Shown: positions 8,791-17,284 of the stretch, piece by piece
Layout of the letters: each line of letters starts with the position of its first letter
Position numbering within the stretch: position 1 is the stretch's first letter
From: an uncultured Candidatus Saccharibacteria bacterium
Lineage (GTDB): Bacteria; Patescibacteriota; Minisyncoccia; Phycocordibacterales; UBA918
Length of the DNA: 60,539 nt
Direction: 5' to 3'
Assembly: GCA_964593375.1 (NCBI GenBank)
Contig: CAZQIF010000004.1
Location: 1 to 60,539, forward strand
Position numbers and translations under genes: made by a program
The notes under the pieces: generated by a model
Database searches by the model: none
What the model saw: the letters and a program-made list of their open reading frames with translations, nothing else
Told to the model about the DNA's origin: nothing

Positions 8791-9927
8791 CTAGAACACC
8801 GGCGTTGCAATGTAGCGAAGTGTCGTCGTATAGTCGTCACCCGCTTCCTGCAATGCTGAGATTTGAATCTGATAGCCAATTCGAGCATAGCCTGAGCCCT
8901 GCTCTGTACCATCAGAAGGTCCTGTATGACCCATAATCACTCGAGGCGATGTAGTTCCCGCAATCCACTCGTCTACACCAAATTCATCTGGTGCCAAGCG
9001 AGAAGTTGTAGCGTCATTTGAGGTAATGCCCCAATGACCATACGTTGCTGGGTTTGCAAGAAGTGCTCCGGGGGCTTGCCAGGCTGCTGGCGAAGCTGTG
9101 TCGGCTCCATCGATGAAACCATCGATAGTTGCACCTGTTGTAGACTGCAACGCTCCTGATTGCTCTACGGTCACGCTATAGCCATGAGTGGCGTTTGTCG
9201 TGATCGTAAGATCCTGCGCAAGTACTTTTGATACGTTGATACCAAGAGTTCCAAATGGGAGTGATAGATTTGTGGTTGTTCCCGAAGTCGTTGTTGGACT
9301 TCCGTTTACCGTAGAACTAGCTCCGACGCCAGTTATTGTAAATGATAGGGATGTATCAACACTTGCCGATACGGTAACCTCTTCTATAATCGCCACTCGA
9401 ACCTGCCCACTGTCGGGCATAGTACCACCTATATCAATCGCATACGATGTCGTTGCTGACGGATTCACAATTTGATTATTTCCACCTGCTGCATGGTTAC
9501 CAATTTTGATAACGAATGGTGTAGCAGATGCTTGTGGTACATCACTTGGTGAAGTTAATGTAAGAACATTACCTCCAAATGAAGCACCCCATGTCGCAGC
9601 ACCATTTGCTGCGGCAACAGTTTTATCTGTTCCTGAAGCAGAAATATCGATATCATCGAAATCTACTCCGGTAACGTTAAACTGTGCTGGAAATGTAATC
9701 TCAATTGTTTCTCCTGCCAGCATCCCATTTGGTGATGTAAACGCAATCGTATGATTGGACACAACACCTGGTGCTGAGACTGACAAAGTATCACTTGCGA
9801 AGGTGATTGATGCCGCTTCCGCAAAGCGGAAGAGGGTTGGAAGTCCGGTACTCCAGAGGAATACTGCTATTCCAACAATCATCGCAACAGCCTGAAGAAT
9901 TCGCACGGTGTTTGCCGTGGACTTCAT
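8791..9927 (-). CDS. Secreted beta-rich surface subunit, WxL/TasA-like (tentative); paralogue of 46340..47455
   Basis: 378 aa. N-terminal anchor/signal ILQAVAMIVGIAVFLWSTG..FAEA. Conserved module FASDTLSVSAPGVVSNHTIAFTSP..GETIEITFP. Internal LTITTNATHGYSVTVEQSG. C-terminus QISALQEAGDDYTTTLRYIATPVF. The paralogue has the same order of motifs. Confidence 0.75.
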   Translation of the reverse strand: MKSTANTVRILQAVAMIVGIAVFLWSTGLPTLFRFAEAASITFASDTLSVSAPGVVSNHTIAFTSPNGMLAGETIEITFPAQFNVTGVDFDDIDISASGTDKTVAAANGAATWGASFGGNVLTLTSPSDVPQASATPFVIKIGNHAAGGNNQIVNPSATTSYAIDIGGTMPDSGQVRVAIIEEVTVSASVDTSLSFTITGVGASSTVNGSPTTTSGTTTNLSLPFGTLGINVSKVLAQDLTITTNATHGYSVTVEQSGALQSTTGATIDGFIDGADTASPAAWQAPGALLANPATYGHWGITSNDATTSRLAPDEFGVDEWIAGTTSPRVIMGHTGPSDGTEQGSGYARIGYQIQISALQEAGDDYTTTLRYIATPVF

Positions 9928-10320
9928 AGGCTTTACGTTGTATTAATCAGTATGTCGACTCTAATAATGAGCGGTACATGTATGCTGTGCTCTTTCAGCA
10001 AGGAGTACCCCGTAACCCGAGAGTCTCCACCCCTCTAAAGTTTACATTCGAACATACTACAATCACCAAACAACGCTCGGCTGTAAGCATTGGTGGTAAA
10101 GATCGAAACCTCCATCACAGATATTCACTTCTCACATGTGTGAAGTGCATACCTTCAGTGACTGTACCAACATTGTAACGCGAAGAAATTTTTAAATGGT
10201 TGAGTTATGCACAAAGTATGAAATATAGAATAGAAAATATGGGATAGAAAATATTTAATGAGAAATTATGAATGAAAAAAGAAGAATTGAATTAAGAAGT
10301 AATAATGGTGGAACAGAACT

Positions 10321-10440
10321 AAAGCTTACAGAGTTGAGCTAATTTCGAGGCAAAACAAAGTTTTTGATTGAGCCATACATGACGTATGGTGAAGAAAAAA
10401 CTGCAGTTTAACGACGAAATTAGCCAACTATGCAAGCTTT
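10321..10440. repeat. 120-nt long imperfect hairpin element, copy A (family: 49645..49766; diverged copy ~42845..42920)
   Basis: Outer arms aaagcttaca/tgcaagcttt. Next arms gagctaatttcg/cgaaattagc. Central hairpin ccatac-atgac-gtatgg. Shares aattcg.ggcaaaacaaagttttga..gagccatac..gtatggtgaa with copy B. Its right end overlaps the stop codon of 10439..11611. Confidence 0.8.
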
Positions 10441-11611
10441 AGCCGGTCCAATTGAAGAGAAGGATAGAAAAGTCCTCAAGACCCACACGGGCATTTAGAT
10501 TAATGTCAGCGGGAGGATTTGAATTTCCACCTGGTGTTCCCCACCAAAAAATAAGAATAGAAAAGTCAATAAGATTAACTTTACCATCCCTATTTAAGTC
10601 TGAATTACTCGTTGGTTTACCCTCAACACCAACAAACAAGGAGAGTGCCGTACCGTACGTGCTTTCTGATTTAAGTGCCCCCGTTCCCTCTATAAAGCGC
10701 GCCTTAATAGTGTGCGTATCGGCAGTAACTTCCCTTGTGTTAAAAATGACACTCCAACTACCAAAAGAGTCCGCAGTAGTAGTGAGTGTCTTTTTGCCAT
10801 TATCAATCGATATTTCAACAGCAGCGTTGGGGATTGTTTGACCACTCAGTGTTATCACATCTCCAGGATTTGGATTTGCATTCGATGTTCGAATAGTTGG
10901 TGGAATAAGAATACCATTCACATTCGTAACTGCACCCTGTGTAATATCAAACGTTGTATTGAAAGTTGCAGAACGTAATCCGGTTGTATCATTGGCCCAA
11001 AAGCTGAGTGATGCAGTACCTGGTTCAGCACCCGTATTAAACAGAAATTCCCCTTTACTGTTAGTTCGAACCGTGCCGACATCTTCTCCATCAATAAGAA
11101 CGTGCACAGTCACATTTGGATATGCTTTACCTTGCACCGTGACTTGCGTATCACCCAAAATCGTATCACGCCCACCCGAAGATGAACTACCCCCTCCTCC
11201 GCTGGAGCCACCCCCAGCATCAGCTTTTTCCTCTGTACAATCTTCGTGACAGAAGTCATCACTGACATTGTTTCCATCATCGCACTCTTCATTATAAATG
11301 GTTTGTAAGATTGAATCACCGCAGTAAGGTGCCCACTGACACACATCAGTACACTGTCTTCCTAAAATGGTAGTACTGTACTCACCAGTATCAGTTGGAA
11401 TATCACAGGCCTCACCTGCATTTACGATAAGGTCACCACAGATGCTAATGACGAGTGTGGTAGTCGAAAGACGTGCCTGTGCGTGAGTCGATGACGGATA
11501 CGTCAAAAAAAACACTACAAAGAGACCTAAGGCAAAAAATTGTGCAAATTTCTGCAAAGACATACTAACGAGATGGTCGTTTTCGTACACGACTTGTGCG
11601 CAAGACAACAT
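10439..11611 (-). CDS. Secreted protein: Cys-rich repeats (Myxococcus-type CxxCGD..ECDDGN), G/S linker, Ig-like domains, C-terminal dockerin
   Basis: 390-aa ORF. The likely start is M17 at nt 11563 (MSLQKFAQFFALGLFVVFFLTYPSSTHAQA), directly after the upstream stop. Cys-rich motifs: ICGDLIVNAGEACD and YCGDSILQTIYNEECDDGNNVSDDFC. Linker: GGGSSGGGGSSSSGG. Dockerin: SDLNRDGKVNLIDFSILIFWW...ADINLNARVGLEDFSILLFNWTG. Confidence 0.75.
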   Translation of the reverse strand: MLSCAQVVYENDHLVSMSLQKFAQFFALGLFVVFFLTYPSSTHAQARLSTTTLVISICGDLIVNAGEACDIPTDTGEYSTTILGRQCTDVCQWAPYCGDSILQTIYNEECDDGNNVSDDFCHEDCTEEKADAGGGSSGGGGSSSSGGRDTILGDTQVTVQGKAYPNVTVHVLIDGEDVGTVRTNSKGEFLFNTGAEPGTASLSFWANDTTGLRSATFNTTFDITQGAVTNVNGILIPPTIRTSNANPNPGDVITLSGQTIPNAAVEISIDNGKKTLTTTADSFGSWSVIFNTREVTADTHTIKARFIEGTGALKSESTYGTALSLFVGVEGKPTSNSDLNRDGKVNLIDFSILIFWWGTPGGNSNPPADINLNARVGLEDFSILLFNWTG

Positions 11612-12503
11612 AGCCTAGTACTATGACAAAGAAGAGAACAGGTACTATGACTGAAAGTTTATGTGGTAATGAAAGTCCACTGAAACCAAAGCCAGCAGTT
11701 TGAAGTGTGCCATACGGCAATATGCTTACATTAACCTCGCCACTTTGCTTTATATCTTTATCATTTAAAATTTCAAAACGACCTATGTAGCTTCCCTGTG
11801 GCAAGCGTGTAGGAATCTCAGCGTATACAGTTTCTATTTTAAAAGGATCAACGGTATCGATTTTTCCCTTTTTATGAGTCTCCTCAAGGAGCACTCGACC
11901 TGAAGCATCGTAGATTCTGAAAACGACATCACTCGGAGCTACTGGGACATTACCGACGTTTTCGAGAAGCATTTCAAATCGAATTTTTCCTGGGAAGTAA
12001 AGCCACGCAACTTTATGTCCAGCATTCAAATCAGAAATACCAATTTTACGAATCTTAAAATCTTTAATTTCTTTATCAATAACAGATATATCTACATCAA
12101 TCTGTGCACCGAGCGAAATACTTACCGCACCACCTGTTACCTGATCGTCAGCTGGGCCTGTCTTGATGCGAATATTACCTTTATATTGTTTAAAATCAGC
12201 ATCATCGGGAACAAGTACTTTAACGGTCATTGGAACTTTCTGTTCACCTTGAGGAAGAAGAAACTCGTTTCCTTCAACGATAGTAAACCAATCACTAACA
12301 CCTGGCACATCAATACTTATGGTTGCTTTAAGTGCAGAGGTTGGGTCACTACGAACAAGATAAATTATCTGCTCATATTCGGAGTTGCGTGTAAGACTAG
12401 GATTTGTAACATAGGGTGGAGTAATTCCAAAGCCAGCTTGAGCCGTAGAATGCACAGAAAAAACAAGCAAACTTAACAAAAATAGAGTGCGACTAAATCT
12501 CAT
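11565..12503 (-). CDS. Signal-peptide protein with Ig-like ectodomains and C-terminal TM anchor, DUF916/DUF3324-like (tentative)
   Basis: 312 aa. Signal LFLLSLLVFSVHSTAQA. GFGITPPYVTNPSLTRNSEYEQIIYLVRSDP. C-terminal LSVIVPVLFFVIVLGYVVL plus RTSRVRKRP. Same architecture as 45030..46106. Confidence 0.65.
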   Translation of the reverse strand: MRFSRTLFLLSLLVFSVHSTAQAGFGITPPYVTNPSLTRNSEYEQIIYLVRSDPTSALKATISIDVPGVSDWFTIVEGNEFLLPQGEQKVPMTVKVLVPDDADFKQYKGNIRIKTGPADDQVTGGAVSISLGAQIDVDISVIDKEIKDFKIRKIGISDLNAGHKVAWLYFPGKIRFEMLLENVGNVPVAPSDVVFRIYDASGRVLLEETHKKGKIDTVDPFKIETVYAEIPTRLPQGSYIGRFEILNDKDIKQSGEVNVSILPYGTLQTAGFGFSGLSLPHKLSVIVPVLFFVIVLGYVVLRTSRVRKRPSR

Positions 12504-12567
12504 TATACAAATTGCAGACGCAAATTGCGGATGCTATATAATTATGGGTGAGTTAAGCCATAAACGC

Positions 12568-12597
12568 AAGAACCACCGTAGGATAACGGTGGTTCTT
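12568..12597 (-). terminator. Hairpin after 12623..14482
   Basis: aagaaccaccg-taggataa-cggtggttctt: an 11-bp perfect stem, with only a weak U-tract on the minus strand. Confidence 0.4.
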
Positions 12598-12622
12598 AAA
12601 TAAGAAACTTGAGTTTAACCAG

Positions 12623-14482
12623 CTACCATTGCGTCGAACTACTTACCCGAGCAGTGAACGTGTTCTGACCTGTGTATGAGCCAGCGTAGGTAATCGTATT
12701 TGGAACGTTGATACCCCAGTATGCGTCTTTAACTGCAGGTGATGAAGTTGAGGTTGATTTCTGTACGTTTAGATCAATGAGTTTTGGAGTTGTTGACGAA
12801 AGCTTGTTACCAGAGCTAGATGCTGTGTTGTAGGTTACACTACTTGTTGCAAAGACTTGATTGTACTCAGAAATAGTTGATGAAGCTGAATTGGGACACT
12901 TGGTTGAAGCAGTGTATGTTGTACACATTGACTCACCTTGTACGTCCTTATCGAGACCAACATTACCAGTTGCAGCAATGGTACTTGTTGCAGTGAGAAT
13001 CTCATTTTTCTGACCTGGTTCAAGAGATCCATAAGGAATTTCAAGAGTGTTAAGTGCGAAAGCAAGGAAGCTCGTAACTTCGATATCAGCAACATTACTT
13101 TGAGCAAGTGTTCCTGTTGCAGCCTCATCTGCACCTAATACTTGTGCACGCCAGTCGTTTGTCGAGAATTGAGTTGAGGTTGCGGTACCATCTGTTGGGT
13201 CTGCAACATACCACAGAGGGAAGGTACAATCGTACACTTTGTCACGGTCTGTTGCTCCTGTACAACTTGTTGTTGATGCAGTACATACTAGATTCCAAGA
13301 AGTTGTTGCAACAGTACTTGGATAACAATTGTTTGGATTAAGGATGCTTCCTGGTGTACATGTAGTTGAACCTACTCCAGAACCCTCACGATAAATAGTA
13401 AGTTGATAATTTGTTATCTCATCACCAAGCAGAGTCGTACTAGCGATTGAATCGCAACTATTGAAGTCAGAAACTGCAAACTGCAATGTAAAGCCAGTTG
13501 TTTGTCCTGCTTCTACAGACAGAATCATATCATTACCTCCATTAAGTGCTATTGTCGAACTCGAAACGTACGGGGCGACATTGCTTACACTTAAAATTGA
13601 ATCTGTACCTTGAGTAGTTGTAGCTTCAAAACCATGGCTATCAATAACGTAACCATATGCTCCATAGTTTTGGTCTTGAGTCGGAATAACAATTGTATAT
13701 GTCGCAGTTGCGTTGTTTGCCGCAAGAGCAGTTGTACTTGCAAGTGTTGTTACACTACAAGTATCGGTAACAGTGTTGAAGCTCTGTGTAGAGCAAACAA
13801 ATAGTCTAACTCTATCGGGAGTACCTGATGCATCGTTATCAGTAGATGTACTCGTAAATGTTACCATTTGACCAGGTTCTTTAGGTGAGTCGTCCCAAAT
13901 AAACTTGAAGTCAGGTCGGTGGTTGATAGAAAATGGAGATGAATTAGTTGCATTTGTACCTTGCGTGTACACAGTGTTACAGCGTGGTGTTAGGTTATTA
14001 TCATCACAAATCCATGCATACCATTCGTTTGTTTCATACCAAGAATCAAGAGATGTTGTTGCTGCGGTAGCCTGAGAGCCACTTGGAGTCTGTGGTGAAA
14101 CTGCCCATTGTGTAGATGTTGCAGCACAATTTGGCGCTCCAGAAGGTGTTGCTGTTGGTGCAGAATCGGTACTACATATAAGAAGATAATATGGTTCATT
14201 GTTTGAATCTGTTGCGACTGCAACCCAGCTTACAACATCGCCTGCATTTGTAGGTGTGGTTGTAGAGGATTCAATTAATTCCGTCGAAGAAGCTGTCCAC
14301 TGTGGAGGTGTGTTCAAGACTGTTACAGAAGTTGAAGCCAAATCACTTTGAGCAACAACCTGCTTAATATCTTGACTACCTAAGTTGAAAACGAAAACGA
14401 CAGCAAACACGAGCACTCCTATTAATGAAGTGTACACAGTGATTTTACCTGCCGTACGTAAATTATCTGTGTTATATGACAT
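12623..14482 (-). CDS. N-terminally anchored T/S-rich, Cys-containing extracellular protein, unknown family
   Basis: 619 aa. TM ITVYTSLIGVLVFAVVFVFNL. Repeated Ig/PKD-like stretches with paired Cys (LLICSTDSAP..NCAAT, WICDDNNLTPRCN, LFVCSTQSFNTVTDTC). Confidence 0.6.
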   Translation of the reverse strand: MSYNTDNLRTAGKITVYTSLIGVLVFAVVFVFNLGSQDIKQVVAQSDLASTSVTVLNTPPQWTASSTELIESSTTTPTNAGDVVSWVAVATDSNNEPYYLLICSTDSAPTATPSGAPNCAATSTQWAVSPQTPSGSQATAATTSLDSWYETNEWYAWICDDNNLTPRCNTVYTQGTNATNSSPFSINHRPDFKFIWDDSPKEPGQMVTFTSTSTDNDASGTPDRVRLFVCSTQSFNTVTDTCSVTTLASTTALAANNATATYTIVIPTQDQNYGAYGYVIDSHGFEATTTQGTDSILSVSNVAPYVSSSTIALNGGNDMILSVEAGQTTGFTLQFAVSDFNSCDSIASTTLLGDEITNYQLTIYREGSGVGSTTCTPGSILNPNNCYPSTVATTSWNLVCTASTTSCTGATDRDKVYDCTFPLWYVADPTDGTATSTQFSTNDWRAQVLGADEAATGTLAQSNVADIEVTSFLAFALNTLEIPYGSLEPGQKNEILTATSTIAATGNVGLDKDVQGESMCTTYTASTKCPNSASSTISEYNQVFATSSVTYNTASSSGNKLSSTTPKLIDLNVQKSTSTSSPAVKDAYWGINVPNTITYAGSYTGQNTFTARVSSSTQW

Positions 14483-14554
14483 ATGAACTATAAACTTGTT
14501 AGCTCAATTGTAACTAATTCGCGCAAAAAATGTTCGGAGTTATACACAGGGTGA

Positions 14555-15769
14555 TTATTCATAACGAATAGCATCAAGTGGATTAAGAAGTGACGCTCGT
14601 CGTGCAGGGAAAATTCCTGTTAAATAGCCCACTGCAGCCGAGAATATGGCGATGAAGACAAGAAATGTAATAGGGAAAGAAAAGAGACTTACCGACTGTC
14701 CACCAAACTGACTTGCTGCAATATTCAACAGGATATTCACAGCATATCCCAAGGTTACCCCCATCACTATCCCACTTACGCCTCCTAGAAACCCTACAAC
14801 AATAGACTCAGAGACGAAGAGACTCTTGATATCACTAGGCGAAGCGCCGATAGTGCGCATTATTCCAATCTCTTTTGTTCGCTCAAGGAGGGTCACGGTC
14901 ATGGTATTAAACATACCGATTGCAGAAACAAGGAGTGCGATACCACCAAAGGTTGCGAGGACAACCTGGACTCCTTGGAAAATCTTTGAAGCCTGTTCAA
15001 CCGTTTTTGAAAGTGCCGTAACACGATAGCCTGCTTTTATCAGTGATTCCTCTGTTACTGCGAGAAATTCATTTGAAATAACCTTGACCTGAGCGCGGTC
15101 ATACGCCTCAATACCGACATAATTACGAAGTTCCGGAAGCATGATGAGTGCGTTCAGTACCCCCTGCTCTTTTGTCACACCCTTAACTTTGAACTTTTTC
15201 TCTATAACAATCTCACTGATAGCATCAGTACCATCTGTTGCAGGAATAAGGAGTCGAAATGACACCTCTTGTCCAATAAATCCTTCGGTATCTTCATCTT
15301 TAATGCCGAATAGCTTAAGAATTGCAGGTGAAATCATTACTTCGCTCCCATTACCAATGTCTTCTTCAACGAAGACATTTCCTGCAGATGCTGTAATACC
15401 CGAATAGCGCAGATATGCAGGTTCTGCACCCTGTAAAAAGATATTTCCCGTAAGGCCCTTGTAGGTAATAAGTGCTGGATAGCGTGCAAGAGGAGCAGCA
15501 TCTTGAATATTTGGATCTTTTTCAAACTCCTTAATAACATCGTCGGTAATTGAGAGGTTTCGTGCCCCAGTTGCTGAAACACCGAGTGAGAGGAGACTGT
15601 CTCCGAACACAATCTGTTCCAAAATAATTTGTTGAAGTCCAAACCCAAGTCCCACGAGCACGACGACAGCACCAGTTCCCACTCCCATACCAAGAATGGT
15701 GAGCCACGTACGCAGTGGGTTCGTTTTAAATGCTCGAGTTGAAAGTCTTGCGAGATCAACGAGTTTCAT
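14555..15769 (-). CDS. ABC transporter permease, MacB/FtsX family
   Basis: 404 aa. N-terminal TM (NPLRTWLTILGMGVGTGAVVVLV), a large extracytoplasmic domain, and a C-terminal FtsX 3-TM bundle (TLLERTKEIGIMRTIGASPSDI...FPARRASLLNPLDAIRYE). Confidence 0.9.
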   Translation of the reverse strand: MKLVDLARLSTRAFKTNPLRTWLTILGMGVGTGAVVVLVGLGFGLQQIILEQIVFGDSLLSLGVSATGARNLSITDDVIKEFEKDPNIQDAAPLARYPALITYKGLTGNIFLQGAEPAYLRYSGITASAGNVFVEEDIGNGSEVMISPAILKLFGIKDEDTEGFIGQEVSFRLLIPATDGTDAISEIVIEKKFKVKGVTKEQGVLNALIMLPELRNYVGIEAYDRAQVKVISNEFLAVTEESLIKAGYRVTALSKTVEQASKIFQGVQVVLATFGGIALLVSAIGMFNTMTVTLLERTKEIGIMRTIGASPSDIKSLFVSESIVVGFLGGVSGIVMGVTLGYAVNILLNIAASQFGGQSVSLFSFPITFLVFIAIFSAAVGYLTGIFPARRASLLNPLDAIRYE

Positions 15770-15836
15770 ACAACTCTATAATAATTAAGATTCATGATTT
15801 TAAAAAGAAGTGCGTGCTAACAACTCCATGCAACGC

Positions 15837-17159
15837 TTACGCTTTGTAGCTCACATCAACGCCGAGAGCGATAAGTTTTTCCATATACCGAGCAAGATCG
15901 TCTGCGACCTTTTCTTTAAGGCCGAGTCCTCCTGTGCGTTCACTTTCCATGAGTCGGTCATGAAAAACGTCGTTTCCATTTATCCCTGAAAGTCTGTCTG
16001 CAATACATGTAGTGAGATTTTCACGCGAAGTCTTAGTGAGTGAAATACTGTGGTGCATGAGGAGATACTCGAGCACTCGTTCTGCAAACTTGTGTTGCTC
16101 AAAGAACGCAGCATCTGAGTCATTATCTGAGCGAAAACGTCGCACATCGTCTGCCTGCTTCACAATCGCCACCGAAATATCAGACATACGTCGTGCTGTA
16201 GGTCTGTCCATACCGAGACCTCCCTCTTCATATTTTCTCGTAAGGGTTTCTACGAATAACTTCTTGTGAATTTTTCCTTGAATGAGTAATCCGATTGCCT
16301 TTTCAAGTCGGACGATTTGATCGAATGTATAATCCTGTGTCAAAAAGTTGGTGAGACTTTTCACGCGAAGCATATCAACTGAATCATAGGGGAAAAGACG
16401 CGCGAGCTGTTCGAGTTCGGTCACAATGGTTTCCCCTTCTTTCACCGGTTTGATTTGTTTACGTTGTGGGTTAACCACTTCGCGAACAATGAATCCATCT
16501 TTGAGATAGTACACACGGTGTGCATACGAAAGGTGTGCAGCATTATGAGACACCATAATAATCGTGCGCTGGTCAAACGTATTAATTTCATCAATTTTGT
16601 CCATCACTTGCTGTGTTGAAACTGAGTCGAGGTTACCAGTCGGTTCGTCTGCAAGAAGAATCTGAGGGTCGTTAACCATTGAACGAGCTACAGAGACACG
16701 CTGTTGCTGACCTCCCGAGAGCATCGACGGGATTTTATGCGACACCATACCCACACCAAACCTATCGAGGAGGTGCTGTGCGCGCCGTTCGCGTACTGCC
16801 TTTCCGGCATCACAGAAAATCATCGGAAGTGCCACATTGTCGAGTACCGTGAGCGAACCAATAAGGTTGAAAGACTGGAAGATAATTCCCATCACATATC
16901 GTTGAAAATACACACGCTCCTGTGGTGGGTATGAGTAGATATCGTCGCCACGAATGAGTAGTGTCCCGTCGCCAGGTGGTAGAGAGCCTTGAATTGCATA
17001 CATGAGTGTTGATTTTCCTGAACCCGAAGCACCGAAGAGAATAATGTATTCACCCTCATAAATATCGGTGTTCACCGCCTGAAGCGCCTTGAACTCATTT
17101 GACTTCCCCTTGTTGTAGGTGATGTCAAGATTTCTGCAAACGATGAGTGGTTTAGCCAT
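15837..17159 (-). CDS. ABC transporter ATP-binding protein (MacB/LolD-like) with ~215-aa C-terminal extension
   Basis: Walker A GASGSGKST, Q-loop IFQSFNL, signature LSGGQQQRV, Walker B ILLADEPTGNLD, H-loop VSHN. About 215 further residues (nt 15840..16484) follow the NBD, with an internal repeat EEGGLGMDRPTARRM / ERTGGLGLKEKVADDL. Confidence 0.9.
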   Translation of the reverse strand: MAKPLIVCRNLDITYNKGKSNEFKALQAVNTDIYEGEYIILFGASGSGKSTLMYAIQGSLPPGDGTLLIRGDDIYSYPPQERVYFQRYVMGIIFQSFNLIGSLTVLDNVALPMIFCDAGKAVRERRAQHLLDRFGVGMVSHKIPSMLSGGQQQRVSVARSMVNDPQILLADEPTGNLDSVSTQQVMDKIDEINTFDQRTIIMVSHNAAHLSYAHRVYYLKDGFIVREVVNPQRKQIKPVKEGETIVTELEQLARLFPYDSVDMLRVKSLTNFLTQDYTFDQIVRLEKAIGLLIQGKIHKKLFVETLTRKYEEGGLGMDRPTARRMSDISVAIVKQADDVRRFRSDNDSDAAFFEQHKFAERVLEYLLMHHSISLTKTSRENLTTCIADRLSGINGNDVFHDRLMESERTGGLGLKEKVADDLARYMEKLIALGVDVSYKA

Positions 17160-17284
17160 GTTACAAATTAAAAAGGAAAAGTGAAAAACTAAAAAAAACG
17201 TAACAACGTAACAACATACCCATTTGTAGTGTTTCGTGTTGTTTGTTTAACTTTTTCATTTTTAAATTTTACTTTTTAGATTTA

